Source: Mobula hypostoma (lineage: Eukaryota). Taken from it: 64,000 nt of DNA. Shown here one piece after another: positions 49,301-61,489 of this stretch. Every line of letters begins with the position of its first letter. Position 1 is the first letter of the stretch. The stretch spans positions 4,960,001 to 5,024,000 of the forward strand of contig NC_086098.1 in the NCBI RefSeq assembly GCF_963921235.1. Direction: 5' to 3'. The notes under the pieces were generated by a model that saw only the letters and a program-made list of their open reading frames with translations, was not told where the DNA came from and made no database searches. Position numbers and translations under genes: made by a program.

Positions 49301-52300
49301 GGGTGGTTCGTTATAGTCTCAGGGAAATTAGATAACAAACTAATGGTTTTTGCTAATCCCTATGCTCCAAATATAGATGATCCCGGCTTTTTTGAACGTT
49401 TTTTTCTTTTTTTTACCAGACTTAAATTTGTACTCCTTAATCTTGGGAGGTGATTTTAATTGCTGTCTTGACCCAGTTTTAAACTATTCATCTTCGAAAT
49501 GATTGAATATTAATAGATCTGCCTCCTATATCCAATCTTTTCTAATGAAATGTGACACTATTGATGTTTGGTGTTTTTTATACCCAACAAGTAGAGAATT
49601 TTTCATTTCTTCTCATGTTCATCATACCTATTTCAGGATTGTTTTTTTTTTGTCGATAGTCATTTGATACCCTCTGTGCGATCCTGTGATTATAAAGAAA
49701 TTGCTGTTTCAGATCATGCCCCTTTTTTTTTTATCTTTAAATCTTCTGGGTGTTTCTCGATCAAACAGATTTGGCGTTTTAATCCAATTTTACTATCAGA
49801 TAAGGCTTTAAAAACATTTTTTAGAGAATCAAATTACTTTTTTCTTTGAAGAAAATACGCTAGATGGCACTTCTAGCCTTCTTATTTGGGATGTTTTCAA
49901 GGCTTATATTAGAGGCCAAATTATTTCCTATACAGCAAGTATTAAGAAAAAAGCCAATAAGGAGAGAACTGATTTAGCCAAACAGTTGAAACATCTAGAT
50001 CAAAAATATGCTTCTGATCCGGATCCTGTCTCAAATAAAAGATGTACGAAAGTTAAAACTAAATATGATCTGTTCTTAACTTACCCTGTTGAAACTCAAC
50101 TTTTAAAAGATAAAAGTCAATTTTATGTTCATGGTGATAAAATGGGCAAACTTTTAGCTAACCAACTTAAAACCTTAATAGTTAAATTAAGGAAATCTCC
50201 AAAGCGAATGGTGATATAACTTCTGATCAATTAGAAATAAACAATACTTTTAGAGAATTTTACACTAAACTGTATAGCTCTGATTCCCCTAAAGCCAATT
50301 TTGCTATGCATAATTTTCTTGATTATTTAAATATTGCCTCAATTTCTGAGGTTAATCAAAAAATGGTTAGATCAACCTTTTCCTTCTAAGGAAATTGCTC
50401 GGGTTGTCCATTCTCTGAGTTTGGGGAAGGCTCCCGGTCCTGACGGATTTTCTGGAGAATTCTATAAGACTTTTGCTCCTTTGCTTATTCCTCACTTACT
50501 TTCTGTCCTTTCTGACTTTTAAATTAGGCAAGTTGCCACAATCATTTTATGACGCCTCTATTTCACTTATTCTCATGCTCTTCCTACAGACCTATTTCTT
50601 TACTTAATGTTGATGCTAAAATTTTATCTAAATGGAAAACATTCTGCCTTCTATTATCTCTGATGACCAGACCAGATTTATTAAAAATCATTATTCTCAT
50701 TTTAACATTCGTCATTTACTGAATGTTATTTATTCTCCTTCTAAAGAAACTTCTGAATATGTGATTTCTTTAGATGCTTAGAAAGCCTTTGACAGGGTTG
50801 AATGCAATTATTTATTTGGAATATTAGAAAAGTTTAACTTTGGGTCCAATTTTATTCAATGGATTAAATTACTTTATTCATCTCCCACTGCACAGGTTCT
50901 CACTAACTCTCAGAGTTCCAAACCATTTAATCTCCAACGTGGAACTAGACAAGGATGTCCTCTGAGTCCTTTGCTTTTTGATTTGGCTTTAGAGCCTTTA
51001 GCCATGGTGTTTTGTGAATCCGTTGACATCTCGGGTATTTTAAGGAGGGGTATTACTCATAAGGTGTCGCTTTATGCTGATAACCTTTTGCTCTACATCT
51101 CTAAGGTGGAGTCCTCTCTACCCTCAGTACTTTCTTTACTTTCTGAATTTAGTCAGTTCTCAGGATATAAACTTAACCTTCATAAGAGTGAACTTTTTCC
51201 TTTGAATAATTTGGTATCAGTCAACTTTGACTTTCCTTTTAAAATTGTTAGAAATCAATTTACTTATATGGGTATAACAATTATTGGGAATTATAAATTT
51301 CATTTTAAAGAAAACTGTATCACTCTTTTGGAGTATGTTAAGAAGGTACTATCAAATTGGTCTCCCCTTTCTTTATCGCTGATTGGACATATCAATTCTA
51401 TTAAAATGAATATTTTGCCTACATTTTTATATGTATTTCAAGCCCTACCTGTTTTTATTCCTAAATCCTTTTTTGAATCTTTAGACTCAATTATATCTTC
51501 TTACTCATGGAAGAATAAAACCCCCCGATTAAAAAAAGTTCATCTTCAGAAAACTAAAAAAAATGGGGGATTAGCCCTACCCAATTTTAGGTTTTACTAC
51601 TGGGCAGTCAACATACGCAACCTCACGTCTTGGTTATACTATATTATTCGTGTCTGGTTTGGGTTTCTTCAGAAGTTAATTCTGTTAATAAATTTTCTAT
51701 TATTTATCTTCTTGGTTCTTCAATTCCTCTATCCTTAAGTAATTTAACTGATAATTATGTAGTTAAACATTCTTTGAGGATTTGGTTACAATTTAGAAAA
51801 TTCTTTGGGTTATTTGGTTTTTCACTCTCTAGTCCCATTTTTTCTAACTTTTTTTTTAAACCTTCTTTGACTAATGTAGTTTTTAAAGAGTGGAATAGAC
51901 TAGGCATTAAATGTTTTCAGGATCTGTTTGATGGAGATAGTCTTTCCTCATTTGATCAATTATCTATTAAATATAATCTTCGTAAAGCTCACTTTTTTAG
52001 ATATCTACAAATTAGAGATTACTTGCATTCTCAACTTCATGCATTTCCTAAATGTCCAGATAAGAATTTAATTTGTACAATTTTCACTCTGAAACCTTTC
52101 CATAATGGATCTATTTCTAATATTTATAGTATGTTGTTGGCAATGAGAAACATTCCGTTAGACAAAATTAAAAACCTCTGGGAACAAGTTCTATAGATTT
52201 CAATTGATGAGGATGCTTGGAATGAACTTTTTAAACTTGTTCACATCTCTTCGTTATGTGCGCGTCACTCTTTTTTACAATTTAAAGTGGTTCATAGAGC

Positions 52301-53015
52301 CTATATGTCTAAAGATAAGCTCTCTCGTTTTTACTCGGATCTTTCTCCATACTGTAATAAATGTAATGTCGAAGAGGCCTCTCTAATTCATATGTTTTGG
52401 TCCTGCCCGTGGCTTGATAAATTTTGGAAAGCAGTATTTCAAACTTTCTCAGAGCTTTTTAAAGTAAACTTTAAACCCAACCCTCTGACTGTCTTGTTTG
52501 GCATTGTTGGAGGAAATGATTAGCATATTTTGGCTTTTATTTCTCTTTTAGCCAAAAGAGTTTTGTTGCTTAAATGGAAAGATTCCACTCCGCCTACTCA
52601 TGCCCATTGGTTGATTGATGTTATGTCATGTTTCAATCTAGAGAAGATTCGGTGTTCTATTTCTATACCTAGTCAAGATTTTTTCACATTATGGGGACCT
52701 TTTTAGAACTACTTTACAATTTTCGACTTGTACAGCAATGACGATGGCTATTATATGTTTGAATTTACGACTATGTGTCCAAGATTTTTTTTCTTTTCTT
52801 CTAACCAAACAGCTGTTTTTTGGTTTTTTTTCTCTTTTTTTTGTTAGTTATGGGGTTTTGATTTTCCTTTAGATTAGAATAAAATATACCTTTTCAATAT
52901 TAGGTTAATTTACTACACATAGATATGGGGCATTTCAATCTTGTTTCTGGTTCCATAATATCATAGTATATTTTGTATTCATCTATGTAAGTAATTAATA
53001 AAAATATTGAAGAAG
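43308..53015 (+). mobile_element. Near-full-length decayed L1-clade LINE, interrupted by a CR1
   Basis: ORF1 motif LENRSRSNNIRILGLPE. ORF2 endonuclease (SLNVNGLNHPVKR, SDH), GKAPGPDGF, RT (GTRQGCPLSP, LYADN), GGLALPN and a C-terminal CxxC..H..C knuckle. 15-bp TSD aatactttgattcat / aatactttgatacat (43293-43307, 53016-53030). Confidence 0.9.
43524..47833 (+). mobile_element. Apparently full-length CR1 family C LINE
   Basis: 5' UTR with an internal ~50-bp direct repeat (43541, 43797). ORF1 43900-44840 (zinc finger, leucine zipper, SGNH esterase; 3 premature TGA). ORF2 runs to 47769 with one frameshift near 45088 and one stop at 46816. Tail ttctatgatctatg. Confidence 0.95.
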
Positions 53016-53349
53016 AATACTTTGATACATGAAGGCCAATGCTCCAAAAGTTCTCTTTACAACCCTATCTACCTGTCAGCCCATTTATTCCAGCTGTTCC
53101 AGATCCTGCTGCAAGCTTTGATCGTCTTATTTGCTGTTACGAACTATGTACTCTCAAGATTTCACTTTTATAAACTTCCCATTACCAAGCAGAGCAGTGC
53201 CAGAAAACAACCTATCCCAATCCACACTTGCCAGATCCTTTCTGATGTCATTAAAATTTGTCTTTTTCCAGTTTAGAATCTTAACCTGAGGACCAGACCT
53301 AACCTTCTCCATAATTATCCTGAAATTAATGGAATTGTGATCATTAGCT

Positions 53350-53835
53350 CAATAGAGGTAGGATAGTGGATGTTATCTACCTTGACGTTAGTAAAGTGTT
53401 CAACAAAATCCTTGTATCCATGGTTGGATACAGAATTGGCTTGGATATAGATCACACAAGGTAATGGTGGAGTGATTTGTCTCTGATCAGTGGTCTATTC
53501 CACAAGAATAAGTGTTGTAAAGTATGTAATATACAGTATGTAAATGATATGGAGGAAAGTGTGGTAGTCTGATTGGTAAGTTTACTGACAACACACAAGT
53601 TAGTGGTGCTGTGGGTGATGAGTAAAGCTGTCAAATGATATAGCAGGATACAGGCCAGTTGAAAATATGGGTGAGGAAATGGCAGATGATGTTTCATCCC
53701 ATAAGTGTGAAGTGATACATTTTGGGAAGTCATATGAATGAGGAAAGTATACAATAAATATCGGGAGCCTTAGGAACATTGATGTACGGAGGGATCTCAA
53801 GGTGCAAACCCATACCCCCAAGAAAGTAGCAAAAC
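53350..53835 (+). mobile_element. Highly degenerate CR1 RT fragment
   Basis: Recognisable DNA equivalents of VDVIYLD, KFTD and KCEVIHFG. Confidence 0.7.
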
Positions 53836-54085
53836 AAGTAGATAGGGTGGTAATGTATAAACACAAGAGATTCTGCAGGTGCTGGAAATCCAGTGCAACA
53901 CACACAAAATGCTGGAGGAACCCAGCAGATCAGGCAGCATCTATGGAAATGAATAAATTGTTAACATTTTGGTTTGAGACCCTTCATCAGGACTGCAAAG
54001 GAAGGGGTAAGAAGCCAGAATAAGAAGATGATGGGAGGGCAAGGAGGACAAGCTAGAAGGTGATAGGTGAATCCTGGTGGTTGGG
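53836..54085 (-). mobile_element. Penelope terminal-repeat remnant with degenerate hammerhead (53958-53995)
   Basis: Minus strand cagtc-ctgatga-agggtctcaaacc-aaaat-gtt. The GAAA box is mutated. Confidence 0.75.
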
Positions 54086-54154
54086 GCTACCAGATTCTTA
54101 GTTCATCCCCTTCTCCCACAAATATGGCTTCACCTATCAACTTCTACCAACAAC

Positions 54155-54235
54155 CAAGGGTTCCCAACCTAGGGGTCCATGGAAATCTTGTTTAATGGTA
54201 TTGGTCTATGCCATAAAGAAGGTTGGGAACCCCTG
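54155..54235. mobile_element. 81-bp hAT-Charlie MITE
   Basis: TIRs caagggttcccaacct / aggttgggaacccctg. Right flank tctagagg. Homologous to 29988-30067. Left TSD not evident. Confidence 0.8.
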
Positions 54236-54480
54236 TCTAGAGGGTCCTTGATGGTGGATGCTGCTTCCCTGTGACAGTGCTCCTTGAAGATGTGCTCAGT
54301 GATGGGCAGGGTGTTTCCAGAGATGGATTGAGCTTTTGTGTGCTTTTCCATGCCTGGGCATTGTTGTTCCCAAACCAGACCATCATGAAACCAGTCAGGA
54401 TACTCTCCACCGTGCAGCTAAAGGAGTTTGCCAAAGTTTTAGATGAGAGGACATGTCAAATCTTCACAAACTTCTAAGAG
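54236..54480 (-). mobile_element. Rex1/Babar-type LINE fragment
   Basis: SCTVESILTGFMMVWFGN peptide. Confidence 0.7.
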
Positions 54481-54671
54481 GATTCATGTGGTTACAGATA
54501 GCTCTTTGCAGTGAAAGAACATCAACTCTCAAACAGACCTGAGGGAGTCTTAAAACAGGTTAATAATCTTCCAGAAGCAGGTGGAGTGTTTCAGTGTTCA
54601 CTGTTCCAGAAAGAGTCTGCGGTTCACGGTAATGGATTCCAAAGGTCACAGCATGCAGACACAAGCCCCTT

Positions 54672-55410
54672 AGACCATTAGAGACCATCAAACCATAATA
54701 CATAGGAGCACAATTAGGCCAACCGGCCTATCGAGTCTACTCCGCCATTCAATCATGGCTGGTCCTTTTTCAAATCTCCTCCTCAACCCCAGTCCCGAGC
54801 CCTCTCCCGGTAACTTTTTATGCCTTATCCAATTAAGAACCTATCAATCTCTGCCCAACGACCTGTCCTCCACAGCTGCACGTGGCAACAAATTCCACAA
54901 CTTCATCATCCTTTAGCTAAAGAAATTTCTCCGCATCTCTGTTTGGAAAGGGCTCCCCTCAATCCAGAGGCTGTGCCCTCTTGTCCTAGGCTCTCCCACC
55001 ATGGGAAACATCCTTTCTACATCTACTCTGTCTAGGCCTTTCAATATTCGAAAGGTTTCAATGAGATCCCCCCTCATCCTTCTGAATTCCAGCGAGTACA
55101 AATCCAGAGCCATTAAACATTCCTCATATGATAACCCTTTCATTCCTGGAATCATCCTTGTGAACCTCCTCTGGACCCTCTCCAATGCCAGCACATCTTT
55201 TCACAGATGAGGGGCCCAAATCTGTTAACAAGGTGAGGCCTCACCAGTGCCTTATAAAGCCTCAGCATCACATCCCTGCTCTTGTATTCTAGACCTCTTG
55301 AAATGAATGCTAACATGGCATTTGCCTTCCTCACCGCTGACTCAACCTGCAAGCTAACCTTTATGGTGTTCTCCACAAGGACTCCCAAGTTCCTCTGCAT
55401 CTCAGATTCC
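54672..55410 (-). mobile_element. CR1 3' fragment
   Basis: ORFs 55152..55430 and 54913..55194. Confidence 0.9.
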
Positions 55411-56017
55411 TGGCCGCCCACGAAGCACATATCTACACCAATCCCATTGATTCATTTACATTTGTAGTTCTTAACTCAGACACAAGATACTGTGGGTGCT
55501 AGATATCTGATTCAGATTTATTTTTAGATGTATTTATCTCTCACATCTACAATGAAATTTGTCATTTGTATTAACAACCAACACAGCCGTGAGCAACATA
55601 TTCAAAATGCTGGAAGCACTCAGAAGATCAGGCAGCATCTATGGAGAGGAATAAACAGTCGACGTTTCAGGCTCTTAACTTTTTCATCCATTCCCTGCAC
55701 CAAGATATCAAATCCAAATCACAGTCATTTCCTTTGAACTCTTACCCCTCCCATGACAGATAAATACCCTTCCCTTGAGAAAACAGCACTCTTGATCATC
55801 AATAGCAATCCACAATGCTAGAATGGTTTCAGGGACTGCACTCATCATCTTCTTGGCTGCCTATTATTTATTTTTATTGTTTTTAATGCAGTTTTTAAAG
55901 GGTAAGATGAGGGAACTCATCAATCCTCTTTGGGGGAATGTACTGCTGTCATAGACAAATTTCATGACATATCAAAGTTCAAAGTAAAATTTATTATCAG
56001 AGTACATAATTGTACAT

Positions 56018-57395
56018 ATCAGTGTTTGGGAAGTTGTTGGAATCGATTGTTAGGGATGAGATTACAGAGTACCTGGAGGCATATGACAAGGTAGGCTAAA
56101 GCCAGCATGGTTTCCTGAAAGGAAAATCCTGCCTGACTAACCTACTCCAATTCTTTGAGGAAATTACAGAGAAGAAAAAAGGAGATGTAGTGGACGTAGC
56201 GTACTTAGATTTTCAGAAGGCCTTTGACAAGGTGCCGCACATGATGTTGCTTAGTAAGATAAGAACTCATGGAATTACAGGGAAGTTACTAACGTGGGTG
56301 GAGCATTAGCTGATTGGCAGAGAACAGAGAGTGGGAATAAAGGGATCCTATTTTGGCTGGCTGCCGGTTACCAGTGGAGTGCCACAGGGGTCGGTGTTGG
56401 GACCACTGCTTTTTATGACGTATGTCAATGATTTGTACTATGGTATTAATGGATTTGTGGCTAAATTTGCCAATGACACAAAGATAGGTGGAGGATCGGG
56501 CAGTGTTGAGGAAACAGAGAGCCTGGAGAGAGATTTAGATAGTTTAGGGGAATGGGCAAAGAAGTGGCAAATGAAATACAATGTTGGAAAGTGTATGGTC
56601 ATGCACTTTGGTGGAAGAAATAAACAGGCAGACTGTTATTTAGATGGAGAGAGCATTCCAAATGCAGAGATGCAAAGGGACTTCGGTATCCTTGTGCAAG
56701 ATACCCTAAAGGTTAACCTCCAGGTTGAGTCGGTTGTGAAGAAGGCGAATGCAATGTTGGCATTCATTTCTAGAGGAATAGAGTATAGGAGCAGGGATGT
56801 GATGTTGAGGCTCTATAAGGCGCTGGTGAGACCTCACTTGGAGTATTGTGGGCAGTTTTGGTCTCCTTATTTAAGAAAGGATGTGCTGACGTTGGAGAGG
56901 GTACAGAGAAGATTCACTAGAATGATTCCAGGAAGGAAAGGGTTACCGTATGAGGAACGTCTGGCAGCTCTTGGGCTGCATTCCCTGGAGTTCATGAGAA
57001 TGAGGGGGGATCTCATAGAAACATTCCGAATGTTAAAGCTGAATAGATTAGATATGGCAAAGTTATTTCCCATGGTAGGGGATTCTAGGACAAGAAGGCA
57101 CGACTTCAGGATTGAAGGGCGTCCTTTTAGAACTGAGATGTGGAGAAATTACTTTAGTGAGAGGGTGGTAAATCTGTGGAATTTGTTGCCACAAGTGGCT
57201 GTGGAGGCCAAGTCATTGGGTGTATTTAAGGCAGAGATAGATAGGTTCTTGATTAACCAGGGCAACAAAGGGTATGGGGAGAAGGCAGGGGAGTGGGGAT
57301 GACTGGAAGAATTGGATCGGCCCATGATTGAATGGCAGAGCAGACTCAATGGGCCAAATGGCCGACTTCTGCTCCTATATCTTATGGTCATATGA
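56018..57395 (+). mobile_element. CR1 family B LINE, 5'-truncated
   Basis: ORF 56331..57302 is the RT C-terminal half. Tail tcttatggtcatatg. Confidence 0.93.
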
Positions 57396-57589
57396 TTATA
57401 TCATTACATACAACCCTGAGATTGTATTTTCTGCAAGCATACTGAGCAAATCTATCGAAGAGTAACTGTAAACAGGATCAATGAATAACAAACAGTGCAA
57501 ATGCAGATATCAATAAATAGCAATAAATAATAAGAGCAATATGCTGGTGATATTAAACCTGATTCAAATTCTGATAGAAATACCTTATT

Positions 57590-57800
57590 GTCACTGGCCT
57601 TTTTGGCCCACGAGCACATGCCAACCAATTATACATATGTAATTATACAATTATCTTACTAACCTGAACATCTTTGGAATGCGGGAGAAAATCAGAGCAC
57701 CCAGAGGAAATCCATGAGCATACAGAGAGTGGCGAAATTGAACCAGGTCACTGGAACTGTATTAGTGTTACGTTAACCTGCTAAGTTACCATGCCACCTC
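57590..57800 (-). mobile_element. Degenerate V-SINE
   Basis: gggagaaaatcagagcacccagaggaaatcca is the reverse complement of the V-domain. Confidence 0.6.
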
Positions 57801-57809
57801 AAAGGTAAA

Positions 57810-59335
57810 AAATAAAAGGGAAATGAGAATGGATATAGGACCACCAGAAAATTAGGCCAGAGAAATAATAATGGGGGACAAGGAGATGGCAGATGAACTA
57901 AATGAGCATTTGCATCAGTCTTCACTGTGGAAAACACCAGCAGTGTGCAAAAAGTTCGAGGGTGTGAGAGAAGAGAATTGAGTGCAGTTACTATTACAAG
58001 GGAAAGGTGCTCAAAAAGCTGAAAGACATAAATTCCGAAAGTGGTAGAGTTAGAGATTCTGGAGGCATTGGTACTGATCTTTCAAAAAAATCATTGGACC
58101 CTGCCATGGTGCCAAAGGACTGGAAAATTGCAAATGTCACTCCACTCTTTAAGAACAGAGGAAGGCAGCAGAAACTTAATTATAGACACAGAAACATAGA
58201 AACATCGAAAACCTACAGCACAATACAGGCCCTTCGGCCCACAATGCTGTGCCGGACAGGTACTTACTTTAGAAATTACCTAGGGTTACCCATAGCCCTC
58301 TATTTTTCTAAGCTCCATGTACCTGCCCAGGAGTCTCTTAAAAGACCCTATTGTATCTGCCTCCACCACTGTCGCCAGCAGCCCATTCCACGCACTCACC
58401 ACTCTTTGCGTACAAAACTTACCACTGACATCTCCTCTGTACCTACTTCCAAGCACCTTAAAACTGAGCCCTCTCATGTTAGCCATTTCAGCCCTGGGAA
58501 AAAGCCTCTGACTATCCACATGATTAATGCCTCTCATCATCTTACATACCTATATCAGGTCACCTCTCATCCTCTGTCGCTCCAAGGAGAAAAGGCCGAG
58601 TTCACTCAACCTATTCTTGTAAGGCATGCTCCCCAATCCAGGCAATATCCTTGTAAATCTCCTCTGCATCCTTTCTAGTTTCCACATTCTTCCTGCAGTG
58701 AGGTGACTAGAAGTGAGCACAGTACTCCAAGTGGGGTTTGACCAGGGTCCTATATAGCTGTAACATTACTTCTTGGCTCTTGAACTCAATCCCACGATTG
58801 ATGAAGGCCAATGCACCGTATGCCTTCTTAACCACAGAGTCAACCTGCACAGCAACTTTGAGTGTCCTTTGGATTTGGACCCCAAGATCCCTCTGATCCT
58901 CCACACTGCCAACTGTCTTACCATTAATACTATATTCTGCCGTCATATTTGACCTACCAAAATGAACCACCTCACACTTACCTGGGTTGAACTCCATCTG
59001 ACACTTCTCAACCCAGTTTTACATCCTATCAAAGTCCTGATCAGTCAGTCTGACCTCAGTGGTTGGGAAGATATTGGATTCAATTGTTAAGGATGAGGTT
59101 ATGGCATATTTGGTGACACAGGACAAAATAGGACAAAGTCAGCAAGGTTTCCTTAAGGGAAAATCTTGCCTGACAAACCTGTTGGAATTCTTTGAGGAGA
59201 TTACATGTAGGATAGATAAAGGGGATGCAGTAATGGTGTATATTTGGAATTACAGAAGGCCTTTGACAAGGTGCCACACATGATGCTGCTTACCAAGTTA
59301 AAAGCCCATGGTATTTCAGGAAATTTACTGGCATC
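57810..59335 (+). mobile_element. CR1 ORF2 fragment interrupted by an antisense family A CR1
   Basis: DWKIANVTPLFK before the insertion and VGKILDSIVKD...QQGF after it. Confidence 0.8.
58187..59038 (-). mobile_element. CR1 family A 3' fragment
   Basis: ORFs 58707..58997 and 58286..58540 closely match 4..1241. Tail (catagaaa)n on the plus strand. Confidence 0.92.
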
Positions 59336-59577
59336 CCATGCTAAAGTAGCATACACAACATGCTCAGCAAAACAACAGCAATGAAACTGCAGAATTAGCC
59401 CATTTCTTCCATCCCACCTACCCACCCACTCAGATATAGAGACAGTCCTCTAACCCCAGGATAGGTCACCTCCAGCCCTCCAGCCTCTTCTGTACCCGTG
59501 GACTGGCAGACATCGGACCGATGACATCTACAGGCTTGTAGACCCAGGGTTCAAGCATTAGGTTTTAACCTCCCAAC

Positions 59578-59885
59578 CAATGCTCCCTCTAATTTTTTAC
59601 AGCTGTGCGGACCAATCATTGTGAGCAGGAAATTTTTACATGGCCTGATAACTGTGCAGCACTTTAAATAATTTTTTTTTGTGATATGCATACTATGAAT
59701 ATTTGGAATAAACTTTGAAAAATCACACACTTTTGATTTAATTTATTAAATGAAGGGTACAATGAAGTATAGTATTACAAAGAAAATCTTTCATATTTTG
59801 TAAACATGTTGAGCTGCATGGCAACAAAGGCTATGTGCGTGTGAGTATTTCAGTTACTGTGCAGTCACGCAGCCGTGCAGCTTAT
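59578..59885. mobile_element. Possible hAT-type MITE remnant
   Basis: Starts caatgctccctctaa, like the CARTGTTCCCTCTAA hAT TIRs I recall. Repeated ctgtgc/gtgcag subterminal motifs. Right TIR and TSD not found. Confidence 0.35.
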
Positions 59886-59959
59886 AGTAATAGGTTACTA
59901 TCAGAAGTACTGTGGATTTTGGATCCACAAGAGACTGCAGGTAATGGAATCGGGAGAAA

Positions 59960-60256
59960 AAATGTACTGTTGGAGGACCTCCGCAAGTCAAGCAGCATTG
60001 ATGGAGACAGAAAGATGGTCAACATTTCGGGTCAAGACCTTGCATCAGAACACATACCTCTGCCACTGCAGAGATGACCTGACACACTGTTCCTCTATTG
60101 TGTTTTTTTATACAGATGTTGGGAATCTGAAATAAAAACAAACAGAAAATGTTGTCTCGGCTCAAAACGATGACTGTCATCTCTCTCTGTAGATGCTGCC
60201 TGACCTGCTGAGTTCCTCCATCATTTTGTGCGTATTGCTCTGGATTTCCAGCATCA
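59960..60256. mobile_element. Degenerate Penelope terminal-repeat remnants in both orientations
   Basis: gatgctgcctgacctgctgagttcctcca block and decayed hammerhead boxes at about 60017-60052 (minus) and 60150-60176 (plus). Confidence 0.65.
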
Positions 60257-61280
60257 TGTTCCACAGCGGTCCGTGTTGGGGGCCGCTTCTTTTTACGTTG
60301 TACATCAACGATTTGGATTATAGAATAGATGGCTTTGTGGCTAAGTTTGCTGACGATACGAAGATAGGTGGAGGGGCTGGTAGTGCTGAGGAAATGGAGA
60401 GTCTGCAGAGAGACTTGGATAGGTTGGAAGAATGGGCAAAGAAGTGGCAAATGAAATACAATGTTGGAAAGTGTATGGTTATGCACCTTGGCAGAAGAAA
60501 TAAATGGGCAGACTATTATTTAAATGGGGAAAGAATTCAAAGTTCTGAGATGCAACGGGACTTGGGAGTCCTCGTACAGGATACCCTTAAGGTTAACCTC
60601 CAGGTTGAGTCGGTGGTGAAGAAGGTGAATGCAATGTTGGCATTCATTTCTAGAGGAATAGAGTATAGGAGCAGGGATGTGATGTTGAGGCTCTATAAGG
60701 CGCTGGTGAGACCTCACTCGGAGTACTGTGGGCAGTTTTGGTCTCCTTATTTAAGAAAGGATGTGCTGACGTTGGAGAGGGTACAGAGAAGATTCACTAG
60801 AATAATTCTGGGAATGAGAGGGTTAACATATGAGGAACGTTTGTCTGCTCTTGGACTGTATTCCTTGGAGTTTAGAAGAATGAGGGGAGACCTCATAGAA
60901 ACATTTTGAATGTTGAAAGGCATGGACAGAGTGGATGTGGCAAAGTTGTTTCCCATGACGGGGGATTGTCTAGTACGAGAGGGCATGACTTAAGGATTGA
61001 AGGGCGCCCATTCAGAACAGAAATACGAAGAAATTTTTTGAGCCAGAGGGTGGTGAATCTGTGGAATTTGTTGCCATGGGCGGCAGTGAAGGCCAAGTCA
61101 TTGGGTGTATTTAAGGCAAAGATTGATAGGTATCTGAGTAGCCAGGGCATCAAAGGTTGTAGTGAGAAGGTGGGGGAGTGGGACTAAATGGGAGAATGGA
61201 TCAGCTCATGATAAAATGGTGGAGCAGACTCGATGGGCCGAATGGCCGACTTCTGCTCCTTTATCTTATGGTCTTATAAG
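60257..61280 (+). mobile_element. CR1 family B 3' part
   Basis: ORF 60193..60909. Near-identical to 3700-4705. Confidence 0.93.
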
Positions 61281-61489
61281 CAGAATATCTTGTGTTCAGA
61301 AAATGCTGGAAGTATTTCACAGATCAGGCTGCATCTGTGGAGAAAAAAACATTTAATGTTTTTGTCTGGAGACTTTTCACTATCATCTGACAAATAATCA
61401 TGAAACATTACAATTACAACAGTGGCCAATCAGAGATCAGGGTTCATCAGCAAGGGGAAATAAAAATAAGGCAGGGGCAAGTGGAATGC

